Shown here piece after piece: positions 18,732 to 28,797 of a stretch of 64,000 nt of DNA. A program made the translations under genes and the position numbers. Below the pieces are notes generated by a model that was given only the letters and a program-made list of their open reading frames with translations, searched no databases and was not told where the DNA came from. Numbering within the stretch: position 1 is the stretch's first letter; each line of letters begins with the position of its first letter. The stretch is taken from IMG/VR virus record IMGVR_UViG_3300046660_000488, positions 372,001 to 436,000 of that record; one strand, 5' to 3'.

Positions 18732-19156
18732 CCAGCAAGCCTGCGACGCTCTGGACCCTGTTCGGTGGAAAGTTGGTTCTCGCGGTCAGGCCTGAAGGCT
18801 GGGGCGGCGTCCTCACGTTCGTGATCGGCAACGACAAGAGAGACGAATGTCGGTTGTTGTTCAAGCAGGAACCGACGCCAAGGGGTTCGCCATATGTCTT
18901 CAAGCTATGGTACGGGGCGCGCCACCAAGGTGACCCCGATTTGCGCGGCGTTGAGTATGTCAAATATGTGCTTGATGATTTCCTAGCGGTGTGCCCACGG
19001 TCTCGCGTTTACGAAGTGAAGCCGGAGCCCGTGCCATCGGTCCCCAACCAGCATGGCTTTCTGCCGGTTGGGCCGAATTGGAACGACCAGTCTATCGGGA
19101 CCTTCCTCGAAGTGGCGACTCTGGCCGACCTGACTGTCCTTCGGATGATGGACTAA
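18728..19156 (+). CDS. paralogue family protein 3 (diverged)
   Basis: VLDDFLAVCPRSR...ADLTVLRMMD. Confidence 0.7.
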   Translation: MTSKPATLWTLFGGKLVLAVRPEGWGGVLTFVIGNDKRDECRLLFKQEPTPRGSPYVFKLWYGARHQGDPDLRGVEYVKYVLDDFLAVCPRSRVYEVKPEPVPSVPNQHGFLPVGPNWNDQSIGTFLEVATLADLTVLRMMD

Positions 19157-19208
19157 TATTTTGCAGGCTAAATAAGGTCGCACTTTTTCGCACAGGAGCG
19201 ACCTAAAA

Positions 19209-19385
19209 ATGGCTAAAATTCAAGAAGAACTGGTGGTGATCCGCCTGAGCCGTCTCGTCAAGGACGATCAGAAACTGAGCGCCACCATCACGGGTGAAGA
19301 CTTCATCCCGAGCATGGAAGCCGTCGTGGCTGAACTGGCTGGCGCTGGCGTGCTGGTCGAAGTCGAGCGGGCGCCCACAGAGTGA
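19209..19385 (+). CDS. small late protein of 58 aa (MAKIQEELVVIRLSRLVKD...), absent from the ORF track
   Basis: TAAATA at 19169-19174, AGGAG RBS, strong codon bias. Confidence 0.75.
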   Translation: MAKIQEELVVIRLSRLVKDDQKLSATITGEDFIPSMEAVVAELAGAGVLVEVERAPTE

Positions 19386-19585
19386 TCCGCAGGTCACCCA
19401 CCGTCTATAGTCTGGAAGGCCTGATCAAAACGGTGACGGGTCCAGATCAGTCCCAAACGGGCCTTCCGGACGGACGGTGGGTTCCCACACGGCCAGTTCG
19501 TCTAGGAGGCTTACGGGAACGCCTCTATGCCGGATGGCTTGTCTTTTCGGGTCGAGCGGACGCGGTTGAATGGCCGGGCCAGTGA
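19382..19585 (+). CDS. hypothetical phage protein
   Basis: GTGA coupling; WVPTRP...RLYAGWLVFSGRADAV. Confidence 0.6.
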   Translation: MIRRSPTVYSLEGLIKTVTGPDQSQTGLPDGRWVPTRPVRLGGLRERLYAGWLVFSGRADAVEWPGQ

Positions 19586-20189
19586 GCACCTTCGGGAATT
19601 CCTGACAGGCCCTGACCCGGTTTTCCAGATTACGGACGTACTCTTGCCACATGAAGCTTCGGCTGGCGAGGTCCGGATAGTTCTGGTCGAAATAGAACCC
19701 GATGAGCCGGAAGACTTCCTGAAAGAGGAAGTCGCGTGACTTGGCGGTTCGGGCCAGCATGAATTTCGACAGGACAGCTTCGTCCATCAGCGCTTCGAGA
19801 TAGGCATGATGCTTGGCCTCGTGGACGAAGATATGCCGCTGATGCTTGGCGTGCGGAAAGCGCTCGATGTATTTCCCGATGGCCTGTTTTTCGCACAGGT
19901 GGGCGGCCAAGAAAAACATGAAGTAGGTCAGCGGCATAGGCACTGACCGAATGAACACGAAGGTGTTCTCCACCCCGTCTTGCGAGAAGGTTTCCGCGAC
20001 CGGGGTTTCCCAATCCATCATCGACATGACGCAGCCGCGATTAAGCTCGGCGCGCGGAGGGATGATCGTTTCCTTGAAATGGAACAGGCCGTCGAAGTTC
20101 ATCGGCCCATGGGTGATGAAATTCGTCAGAGAAGCAGCTTCGGCTGGCTCGTTGGGGAGCCTCGTGGCGAATTTTTCTTCAATACTCAT
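19425..20189 (-). CDS. hypothetical protein
   Basis: ATG overlaps the end of the NTase gene; the 3' end overlaps a convergent ORF. Confidence 0.6.
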   Translation of the reverse strand: MSIEEKFATRLPNEPAEAASLTNFITHGPMNFDGLFHFKETIIPPRAELNRGCVMSMMDWETPVAETFSQDGVENTFVFIRSVPMPLTYFMFFLAAHLCEKQAIGKYIERFPHAKHQRHIFVHEAKHHAYLEALMDEAVLSKFMLARTAKSRDFLFQEVFRLIGFYFDQNYPDLASRSFMWQEYVRNLENRVRACQEFPKVLTGPAIQPRPLDPKRQAIRHRGVPVSLLDELAVWEPTVRPEGPFGTDLDPSPF

Positions 20190-20925
20190 CGAGATCGTCC
20201 AACCATGTGCCGTCTTTGCTGGGGCCACCCAAGTAGATGACGCTCTGAGAGATCGCCATCCCGTCCGCGCCGTAGAAGGTCGAGAGCAGGCTGGGGTCGG
20301 GCTCAAACCCCATCATCAGGTATTTCGCCACCCGGAATGGGCGCGGCGTATGCGGCTTGTTCGGGCAACGCAGGCGCCGAGCGGCCAGATCGGCGGCCGT
20401 GTCGTCGTGCATGATAATCTCGCGTCCGTCCGTCAGCAGCATGCAGGCCGAAAAGTCGAAGTGGTTCAAAAGCTCGTCGGCCGTTTCGTATCGTGACCGG
20501 GTCACGAACTGGACGGTGACCGCAGCGCCGGTGAGCATGCTTGAAAGGCGCGCCCCGCCGCCGAACGGCGTCGGTTCGTATCGGCCTTGCAGCATCGGGC
20601 TGACGTAGCCTTCTGGGATGTCTTTCGGTGGAAAGACGTAATCTGCCGCCGCGTCTTTCGGCCGGTGGAGCCCCCGCACGATCATCGGTTCGTCCATGAC
20701 GAAATACGGACCCTTGCCCGGAAATTTGCTGTCTTCGACTTCGCGCCGATCCGGTGGGAAGAACAGGTCGATGTCAGAGTAGCCGAAATCGGTGGCGTTC
20801 TCGTAAAGCAGCCGGGCGGCGCTCCCCGCGACCCACGGTCCGGTGTCCAGATTCACGAAGCCAAGGTGCTCGCGAATGAAGCGAGCGATGGGGTGGTCCG
20901 GGTTAGGGACCGCAATGCGCTGCAT
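20179..20925 (-). CDS. Pol-beta-family nucleotidyltransferase (CCA/poly(A) polymerase head-like)
   Basis: WVAGSAAR...SDIDLFF and FDFSAC. Confidence 0.75.
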   Translation of the reverse strand: MQRIAVPNPDHPIARFIREHLGFVNLDTGPWVAGSAARLLYENATDFGYSDIDLFFPPDRREVEDSKFPGKGPYFVMDEPMIVRGLHRPKDAAADYVFPPKDIPEGYVSPMLQGRYEPTPFGGGARLSSMLTGAAVTVQFVTRSRYETADELLNHFDFSACMLLTDGREIIMHDDTAADLAARRLRCPNKPHTPRPFRVAKYLMMGFEPDPSLLSTFYGADGMAISQSVIYLGGPSKDGTWLDDLDEY

Positions 20926-21032
20926 AATGGGTTCAGACGAAATATGGTTTACGAGAATTGACCCTTTGGTATGCCCGGAGGCTCGGGGTGTCAACCGGCT
21001 AAATACCCACACGGATTAGGAGTGGGGACGCA

Positions 21033-21440
21033 ATGAGCCGGAAGAGTGTCTTGATCATCAGCACCAGCACGCGGGCTGAAGAGATCGACGTGACGGGAAA
21101 TCCGGTGAGGATCGACAATCTATACTCGTCCTCCGAGTATATGATGACCTTTGCTATTGCATCCAGTGCTTTCATGGGCCGCGTTGTGCTTGAGGGTTCC
21201 ATTATGAACTCTCCGGGCGAGAACGACTGGGCGACGATCTATCTGACCCCGGAAGGATTCATCGACTACCCCAAGACCGGTCAGCAAGGTCGCGAGACGT
21301 CCACTTTGGGCTTCACCGTCAAGGGCCGGTACACGTGGGTTCGAGCAAAAGTGCTGCGATCCCACCTCATTTCGACAGTAGCAACAAGCCTTCAGGTAGC
21401 AACGTACGGCGCTATCGACCGCATTTTGCTCAACCTCTAA
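21033..21440 (+). CDS. late, probably virion, protein
   Basis: TAAATA at 21000; GRYTWVRAKV beta-sandwich pattern. Confidence 0.65.
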   Translation: MSRKSVLIISTSTRAEEIDVTGNPVRIDNLYSSSEYMMTFAIASSAFMGRVVLEGSIMNSPGENDWATIYLTPEGFIDYPKTGQQGRETSTLGFTVKGRYTWVRAKVLRSHLISTVATSLQVATYGAIDRILLNL

Positions 21441-21500
21441 GAATTCAGTCCCAACTGTCCTTGGAGTCATAAATAACCAGAATATTTGGGGAGTTATACA

Positions 21501-23423
21501 ATGCCTTCAGTTGGTAGCAGCCGCGTCAAGACGTCCGGCCGTGGTGAGATCGAGTACTCGCAGGATTCTGCAACAAGCAATGGCGCGACGACCGCTGCTG
21601 TTTCGACCCCTGTTGATGAGCCGATCCTGTCGGTTGTCGGCGAGAACGTCGGTGGTGGCCTTGGCCTCTTCAACGGCGTCAACGGCTCCGACCATGTGGT
21701 CATGGAGTTCAAGACCCTCAAGGCAGGCGCGGGCATCGCGATTGTCAACGACGGTCTGTCCCTGACCATCCGCGCCACCGGCAATGCGACCGGCAACGGC
21801 GGCACGATCATCGGCGACGGCTTCGACATCCAGCTTGGCGACATCGCCAACAAGGGTGACGGCTCGTGGGCGCCGGGCGCCGTGGACCTGACGGACTCGA
21901 CCCCGATGTCCGAAGCCATCGACGAGATCAACGAACTGCTCGGCCTGTTGATCCCCGCAGCCCCGCCCGCTTTCCCCAACGGCACGCTGACGATCATCAA
22001 CACCGCTGGCAACTCGCCGCGTCTGGCCGCTGGCTTCACCAGCCACGTCACGGGTCAGGGCACGCCGGTCGCGGGCGATGCTGTCGCGCGCATCACGACC
22101 ACGGGCGTCAGCACCAACACCCTCAACGACGTCGGCCCGGCTAACCGTGGCAAGATTCAGCTTCTGCTGAACGACGGTTTCGTCGGCGAGCGCACGCTGA
22201 CGGAGAACAGCGACAACGGCAACTACGGCGGCCTGATCATTTCCGACGAGAAGGACTTCCCGGTCGATAAGCCCGGTTTCTGGAAGTCGCTCGACGTTGC
22301 TGGCACGGCCGTCCCGGTCGCCCAAGGCCTCAACAAGGTCCGCATCAACCACACCAACGCTGGCACGACGGCCAACACGCTGTTCGTCCGCGACGACATG
22401 ACGGCTTCGCCGTCCATCCCGACTGGCTCGGTTGCTCTCCAGACGCTGGGTACAGTCGCCTATTCGTCGGGCATCCCGCACTTCGGCCAAGGCGGCGTCC
22501 TGACGGTTGGCGGCTCGATCACCAATCTGGCTGGCCAGACCTACTACGGCGGCAACGATCCGCTGACGATCACCGGCACGAACACGGTCACGACGGCTCA
22601 AGCCTTCAGCTACACTTCGCTCGGCATCACCACCCCGATCCCGGCACAGACGACGTCTGCGACCGCGACGACCGGCGTGGCTGTCAGCATCGACGGCACG
22701 ACCCATTCGTCGGGCGTCATCCAAGCCGTGGCCAAGAACGTCAACGGACAAACGGCTCCGACGACGCTGTCGCAGTCGATCATTCTGGTCAAGCGCGGCG
22801 TCGCCGCCTCGAACCGTCTGGACGAACTGAACGTCCCGGTCATCAATCTGGGCACGGTCCCCAACGCCAATTACGCCACGCGCACTCTGATCGCCGCCAA
22901 CGCCGACCGTCCGGCTGGCGCTACGGCCAACTGGGACGCCACGGCGGCTCTGGCCAGCTACGAAGCCGCAGTCTGGGCTGGCGCTCTGGGTCACTGCCAA
23001 GTCGATTTCACCAGCGGTTACCTGCCGCAGGGTCCGAATTACTCGCAGGGCCGCAGCGGCGCTCAGTACGCGACCTTCACGTTCAACCGCGCCTCGGTCT
23101 CCAATTTCCGCATCAACGTCGTCGGCACGTACGCAGGAGTTTGGGTGAAGCTTCCGGGCGTCTCCGACAACTCGGCGATCTCTCCGAACGCCACGAACGG
23201 CTGGTGGGACGCCACCAAGGCTTACGCCGGTGCTGGTGTCCCCGGCAACTCGTCGGACTCGCTGGCTGGCTGCGTCGTCGGCACGCCGATGGGCGGAACT
23301 TCCGGCGCCTATCAGATCACTTTTGGTCCTCAGTCTTCGACGAACGCGACCTCGAACCAGATCATTGTCCGTATTCGTCTGAACGCTGGGCAAGTCATTA
23401 CTTCGCTCAATTTCTCTAACTAA
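21501..23423 (+). CDS. virion fibre/appendage-associated protein A
   Basis: Late motif at 21470; Gly/Thr/Asn-rich; paralogue of 41334-43148. Confidence 0.7.
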   Translation: MPSVGSSRVKTSGRGEIEYSQDSATSNGATTAAVSTPVDEPILSVVGENVGGGLGLFNGVNGSDHVVMEFKTLKAGAGIAIVNDGLSLTIRATGNATGNGGTIIGDGFDIQLGDIANKGDGSWAPGAVDLTDSTPMSEAIDEINELLGLLIPAAPPAFPNGTLTIINTAGNSPRLAAGFTSHVTGQGTPVAGDAVARITTTGVSTNTLNDVGPANRGKIQLLLNDGFVGERTLTENSDNGNYGGLIISDEKDFPVDKPGFWKSLDVAGTAVPVAQGLNKVRINHTNAGTTANTLFVRDDMTASPSIPTGSVALQTLGTVAYSSGIPHFGQGGVLTVGGSITNLAGQTYYGGNDPLTITGTNTVTTAQAFSYTSLGITTPIPAQTTSATATTGVAVSIDGTTHSSGVIQAVAKNVNGQTAPTTLSQSIILVKRGVAASNRLDELNVPVINLGTVPNANYATRTLIAANADRPAGATANWDATAALASYEAAVWAGALGHCQVDFTSGYLPQGPNYSQGRSGAQYATFTFNRASVSNFRINVVGTYAGVWVKLPGVSDNSAISPNATNGWWDATKAYAGAGVPGNSSDSLAGCVVGTPMGGTSGAYQITFGPQSSTNATSNQIIVRIRLNAGQVITSLNFSN

Positions 23424-23435
23424 GGGTAATACTTC

Positions 23436-26400
23436 ATGGCCATTTCAGATTCTGACAAGATTGATTTCCTCTGGAAGAAGGTTATCTTTGGTGTTACCAA
23501 GACGGCGTCGGGCACCATCAAGCTCGGCTCGAACGAAAGCGTCACGTCGCCGTTCCCCGTCGATCCGGATAACATCTGGAGCGAAGCCAGCCTGATTCCG
23601 GACACGCCGCCGACTTCGACGACCGCTCAGGTCCGTCGTTATTTCGGTGTGACCCGCGTTCACATGACGGTGGACCCGACCTCGCCGCCTAACCAGACTT
23701 GGTTCGCGACGTCGGCCTATCCGGACATCACCAGCCGCCTGACGGATTTCATCAATCCGGGCATCTTCGGCGCTGGCTATCTGGTTCAAGCCTTCATCGG
23801 CGACCCGAACACGGGTCCGGCCGCTCGTATCTTCCCTGACGCTGCTGGCGAAGAATTCGTCTTCGACTATGCGGCCGGTGTCCTGAACTTCGTCAATGCT
23901 GTCCCGGCATCGCGCGCGGCGACCGTTGGCCAAGGCACGGTCTCGGTTTCTGGCAACGGCATCTACATCCAAGCCTACCGTTACGTCGGCGCCAAGGGCG
24001 GCGGCGGTTCGGGTGGTGGCTCGGGCTTCGTCGCCAAGGCTGGCGACACCATGACCGGAACGCTGGCGTTCAACGGCATCGACGACGCTCTCTTCCTGAA
24101 GGAAGACGCTGCGAACGGCACGCAATGGGGTGCTGGCGTGGTTGGCACGGACCTGCGCGTCTTCGCCGCCGACATCGCTAACTCGGCCATCAGCTTTGGT
24201 CACCGCGCCGCCAACACCGGCGTCTTCCGCGAAGACCTCCGCATCGACGCAAACGGCGTTGTGACGGTCGGTGGAGCCGACGACGGCTTCGTCACGACCA
24301 ACGACGGCAACCGCATCGTTCTGGGCCACGTGGATGCCAACGGCTTCGTCACTGAGAACATGGTCATCGAGGCCAACGGCGTCGTCTACATCGACGGCTA
24401 CATGGTCTACCACGAAGGCAACCTGAACCTGAACGGTGGCCTGACCCCGTCTGGTGTGTCGCCGGGCGCCTACACCAACGCCAACATCACGGTTGACGTC
24501 TACGGCCGCGTCACAGTCGCCGCCAACGGCACGGGCGGTGGTGGTTCCTCGGGCACGGTCACGTCGGTTGCGGCAACGGGATCGGCTGACATCGCCGTCA
24601 CTGGTTCGCCGATCACCACGGCTGGTACGCTTGCCTTCGCTCTGTCCAACACGGCGGTCACACCGGGCACGTATACGAAGGTCACGGTTGACGCCAAGGG
24701 CCGCGCCACGGCTGGCACGAACCTGAGCAGCAGCGACGTCACCACGGCGCTGGGCTTCACTCCGCTCCAGACGGTCACCAACGCAGCCGTCGTCTCGGCG
24801 CTCGGCTATCAGCCGCTGGCGACCAACCAGACGATCACGGTCACGGGCGACGCTACGGGCTCGGGCGCTACTTCGATTGCCCTGACCCTCGCCAACACCG
24901 GCGTCGCTGCTTCGACCTACTCGCTCCCCACGGTCACCGTGGACAGCAAGGGGCGCGTCATCAACATCCAGAACGGCTCGGCTGTCACCAGCGTGGGCGT
25001 CACCGGTTCGGCCGACATCACGGCGACCGGCGGACCGATCACGTCGGCTGGCTCGATCTCTCTGGCCCTGTCCGACAAGCTGGGTGTAACGCCGGGCACG
25101 TACAGCCTGACCACGATCACCGTTGACCAGAAGGGCCGCATCACTGCGATCTCGAACGGTTCGGCCGGTGGTACTGGCACGGTCACGTCGGTCGGCCTGA
25201 CCGGCTCCCCGGCCATCACGGTCACGGGCTCGACGATCACCACGAGCGGTTCGTTCGCGGTCGATCTGTCGAACACGGGCGTCACGGCCCAGACCTACAC
25301 CAATCCCGTCGTCACGGTCGATGTGAAGGGTCGCGTCACTGCGATTTCGAACGGCTCGGCTGGCGGCACGGGAACTGTCACCTCGGTTGGAGCCACGGGT
25401 TCGGCCGACATCACCGTGGGTGGTGGTCCGATCACCAACTCGGGCACGCTGACCTTTGCTCTGTCGAACACGACGGTTTCGCCGGGCGTCTTCACCAAGG
25501 TCACGGTCGATGCCAAGGGCCGCGTAACGACGGGCGCGTTTCTGTCGAGCGCCGACGTCACCACGGCGCTGGGCTTCACACCGATCTCGACCAACCAGTC
25601 GATCACCGTCTCTGGTGACGCCACCGGTTCGGGCACAACGGCGATCACTCTGGCTCTGGCCAACACGGGCGTAACGGCTCAAACCTACGTCAACCCGACC
25701 ATCACGGTCGATGCCAAGGGCCGTGTCCTGACCGCTTCGAACGGAACGGGTTCGGCTGGCACGGTCACGTCGGTTGCTGCTACCGGCACGGCTGACATCA
25801 CGGTCACCGGTTCGCCGATCACGACGACCGGAACTTTGGCTTTCGCGCTGTCCAACACGGCGGTCACGCCGGGCACGTACACGAAGGTCACCGTGGACGC
25901 CAAGGGTCGCGCGACTGCTGGCGCCCAACTGACCAACACCGACGTCACCACGGCTCTGGGCTTCACTCCGCTGTCCACCGTCACCAACGCGGCCGTCGTC
26001 TCGGCTCTGGGCTATCAACCGCTCCAGCACAACGAAGCGATCACGGCTTCGGGAGACGTCACGGGTTCGGGTACGACGGCGATTGCACTGACGCTGGCCA
26101 ACTCGGGTGTCACGGCTGGATCGTACACCAACGCCAACATCACGGTTGACGCCAAAGGCCGCGTGACTGCGGTCGCCAACGGCGTGGCTGGTGGTGGCGG
26201 CGGTGGTTCGGTTTCGGTCAGCAAGGGTGGCACGCAAGTCGTAGCCACGGCCACCAACCTCAACTTCACGGGTAACAGCGTGACGGTGACGGACGGCGGC
26301 GCTGGCGTGGCCAACATCGCAGTCGATGACCGCGTCGAGTACGTCTACTTCCAATACACCTCGGGCAACGGCGGCACGTTCGCGAACAACACCGATTGCA

Positions 26401-26720
26401 TTCTGGCCAAGACCAGCGGCGTCACGGTCACCATCCTCGACGGAACCAACTCCATCGTGAAGTTCACCTTCACGGGTCGTCCGTTCCCGCCGGGTGGTAT
26501 TGCCGTCATGGGTCAAGCGTATTCGACCAACGAGTTCCTGTACAAGAACGTCGATGGCACGTTCGCTACCAGCAAGATCACCGGCGGCGGCACGGCGGCT
26601 GCTCCGACGTTCTTCGGTACGTTCTCCGAATACACGATCCAGCTTCGCATGACCGACACCGGCACTTCGGGCGCTGGTCTGGGCCAACGCGCGCGCGCTG
26701 CAATCATCTTCAAGTTCTAA
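23436..26720 (+). CDS. long tail-fibre-like protein B with repeated TVDAKGRVT modules
   Basis: KAGDTMTG motif and many GTYTKVTVDAKGR fibre repeats. Confidence 0.8.
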   Translation: MAISDSDKIDFLWKKVIFGVTKTASGTIKLGSNESVTSPFPVDPDNIWSEASLIPDTPPTSTTAQVRRYFGVTRVHMTVDPTSPPNQTWFATSAYPDITSRLTDFINPGIFGAGYLVQAFIGDPNTGPAARIFPDAAGEEFVFDYAAGVLNFVNAVPASRAATVGQGTVSVSGNGIYIQAYRYVGAKGGGGSGGGSGFVAKAGDTMTGTLAFNGIDDALFLKEDAANGTQWGAGVVGTDLRVFAADIANSAISFGHRAANTGVFREDLRIDANGVVTVGGADDGFVTTNDGNRIVLGHVDANGFVTENMVIEANGVVYIDGYMVYHEGNLNLNGGLTPSGVSPGAYTNANITVDVYGRVTVAANGTGGGGSSGTVTSVAATGSADIAVTGSPITTAGTLAFALSNTAVTPGTYTKVTVDAKGRATAGTNLSSSDVTTALGFTPLQTVTNAAVVSALGYQPLATNQTITVTGDATGSGATSIALTLANTGVAASTYSLPTVTVDSKGRVINIQNGSAVTSVGVTGSADITATGGPITSAGSISLALSDKLGVTPGTYSLTTITVDQKGRITAISNGSAGGTGTVTSVGLTGSPAITVTGSTITTSGSFAVDLSNTGVTAQTYTNPVVTVDVKGRVTAISNGSAGGTGTVTSVGATGSADITVGGGPITNSGTLTFALSNTTVSPGVFTKVTVDAKGRVTTGAFLSSADVTTALGFTPISTNQSITVSGDATGSGTTAITLALANTGVTAQTYVNPTITVDAKGRVLTASNGTGSAGTVTSVAATGTADITVTGSPITTTGTLAFALSNTAVTPGTYTKVTVDAKGRATAGAQLTNTDVTTALGFTPLSTVTNAAVVSALGYQPLQHNEAITASGDVTGSGTTAIALTLANSGVTAGSYTNANITVDAKGRVTAVANGVAGGGGGGSVSVSKGGTQVVATATNLNFTGNSVTVTDGGAGVANIAVDDRVEYVYFQYTSGNGGTFANNTDCILAKTSGVTVTILDGTNSIVKFTFTGRPFPPGGIAVMGQAYSTNEFLYKNVDGTFATSKITGGGTAAAPTFFGTFSEYTIQLRMTDTGTSGAGLGQRARAAIIFKF
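24440..26190 (+). repeat. imperfect tandem repeats encoding fibre modules
   Basis: Recurring GTVTSVAATG.ADITVTG.PITT.GTL.FALSNT.VTPG.YTKVTVDAKGR units. Confidence 0.85.
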
Positions 26721-26729
26721 GGAAAATCC

Positions 26730-28700
26730 ATGCGTTACGTCGATCTCCCCGCAAAAGTCCTTTCCGGAAGCGTATCTGCCATCACTGGTCTCGGTGCTTG
26801 GCCGTACGACGACGGGACGGGCGACCCGTTCTGGGTGGGGGGATCGACGCCCAAGGACTACCGCTGGCGGATGACCATGACGGTCGTCAATCAACAGCAC
26901 TCCAGCTACAAGACCCGTCGTCCTTATTACTACACTGGTATGGATGTCTCGGTTGGTGATTACGTCGCCGACCGTGAAGAAGGCATCTGCGTCAAGGTCA
27001 CTGCTGTTATCAGCAAGACGGATACGTCGGTCGTCTGTGAAGTTGAAGACGTTCTGCGCTACAATACGTTCCGTTTCCAAGGCGGAACGGGTGTCGGCAT
27101 TTTCCGTATCCCTTCGGAAGTCATCGTTTTCTCGCTGAACGAAGAAGGCCTCCCGGTCGTCGATCCGGTCCCCACGGTCGGCGTCGGTCCCAATTTCTTC
27201 CCCAACGTCATGTCCCGCTTCCAGAACATCGAGGCGGACGCCAATTTCCCGTTGGCCAAGGACAATCACGGATTTGAGCAGAACGACCTGATCTCTGCTG
27301 ATCCGAACAATAACACCTTCGTAAAGACCGACAGTGGCCACCCATACATTGTCGGCACGGTGTCGTTCAACGGCGCTGGCCCAAACACCTTCTTCATCAA
27401 CCCGATCCAGAAGGTCTTGGACAACATGGACTCGCTGATCGGCGACGTTGGTGAGGTCATCTACGCTGACCCAAACGTCGCTGGTGGATACTCCACGGTC
27501 GGCACTGTTCCGGTCATGATCAAGCTGCGGAACAACACGCAGTCGCAAACGGTGGGATCGGTGTTCGGCCCCACGTCCCCGGCCGGAACCGCCTTCAAGC
27601 TGAACGGCGTGCTGGTGACGATGTCGGCTGGAACGCTGACGGAATGCCAAAGCCTGATCAACAACACGACGGCCACGCACGGCATCGTCGCCTCCACTAT
27701 CTCGTCTCCCGTGGTCGCCCAGTCCAACCCGGCTGACTGCGTGAATGGCGAACCGGCTTTCCTGTCCACTGGTGCTCAGGCAACGATCAACGGTGTACTC
27801 GTCACCTTCAACACCACGACTGTAGGTCAGGCGACCTATGGTTCGGCCTATGCGCTTGAAGAAGACATGGCCACGGACATCAACGCGGCCAATATCCCCA
27901 ATGTCGTCGCCACGACGGCAGGCAATAAGCTGGTCCTGACCAACTCGGCTGGCGGGTCGATCACGATTGTCAACGTCGCGGCGGACACCGGCGGCAACCA
28001 GTTCGCTGGCCCGGCTTCCGCGTCTGGCGTTCCTTTGGCCACGACGTCTGGTGCTGGCGGCTCGGCCCTGAAGCTGACGGCGCCGGATGCTCGCGCCATC
28101 GACATCTACGACCAGACGGGCACGTTCTCGGAAGATTTCGGCATCGTGAGCGCAGAGAACGGCACGAAGGCCGCCGCGCTCTATATCGAGCAGGGCATTC
28201 GCGAAGCCTCGACTTATGTGGTCGCCAACATTCCGGCACGTGACGCGCTGGACGCGACGTTCGGTGACCAGTGCTTTGTTCAGGACGCCGGTAATGGCGA
28301 GTGGGCTCATTACATCCGCACGCTCGACAACTCGTGGGTCAAGCTCTCGGATGCTGACTCGTCAGTCACGGACGCTCAGTCGGTTGAAATCGAAGTCGAG
28401 TTCAACAGTGCGACAAACGGTCTCATCCACACGATCTCGTCGGGCCGCCGCGTCAGTTTCGTGACCGTCACCGTAGTCACGCCGTTCAACGGCACGGCTC
28501 CGACCATCGCTGTGGGCGACGCTGGAAGCAACTCGCGCCTGATGACTGCGGATCAGAACGATCTGACCACCATCGCAGATTACTCAACTACACCCAGCTA
28601 TACCTATAGTAATTCAGGGTCGGATACCGACATTGAGTATTACTTTGACCCCGGAAACTCTACTTCCGGAAAAGCTGTCATTGCAATCACTTATACCTAA
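26730..28700 (+). CDS. virion structural protein C
   Basis: AAGGA RBS; C-terminal domain shared with 40239-41318. Confidence 0.7.
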   Translation: MRYVDLPAKVLSGSVSAITGLGAWPYDDGTGDPFWVGGSTPKDYRWRMTMTVVNQQHSSYKTRRPYYYTGMDVSVGDYVADREEGICVKVTAVISKTDTSVVCEVEDVLRYNTFRFQGGTGVGIFRIPSEVIVFSLNEEGLPVVDPVPTVGVGPNFFPNVMSRFQNIEADANFPLAKDNHGFEQNDLISADPNNNTFVKTDSGHPYIVGTVSFNGAGPNTFFINPIQKVLDNMDSLIGDVGEVIYADPNVAGGYSTVGTVPVMIKLRNNTQSQTVGSVFGPTSPAGTAFKLNGVLVTMSAGTLTECQSLINNTTATHGIVASTISSPVVAQSNPADCVNGEPAFLSTGAQATINGVLVTFNTTTVGQATYGSAYALEEDMATDINAANIPNVVATTAGNKLVLTNSAGGSITIVNVAADTGGNQFAGPASASGVPLATTSGAGGSALKLTAPDARAIDIYDQTGTFSEDFGIVSAENGTKAAALYIEQGIREASTYVVANIPARDALDATFGDQCFVQDAGNGEWAHYIRTLDNSWVKLSDADSSVTDAQSVEIEVEFNSATNGLIHTISSGRRVSFVTVTVVTPFNGTAPTIAVGDAGSNSRLMTADQNDLTTIADYSTTPSYTYSNSGSDTDIEYYFDPGNSTSGKAVIAITYT

Positions 28701-28797
28701 ATTCTCCTGAGTACTTGCTAAATACTTCGCTTCCCGTGAACGGCCTTAAGCAAGCTGCACGAGGACAATTTGTTTCACCTATAGGAGACTACAACAT

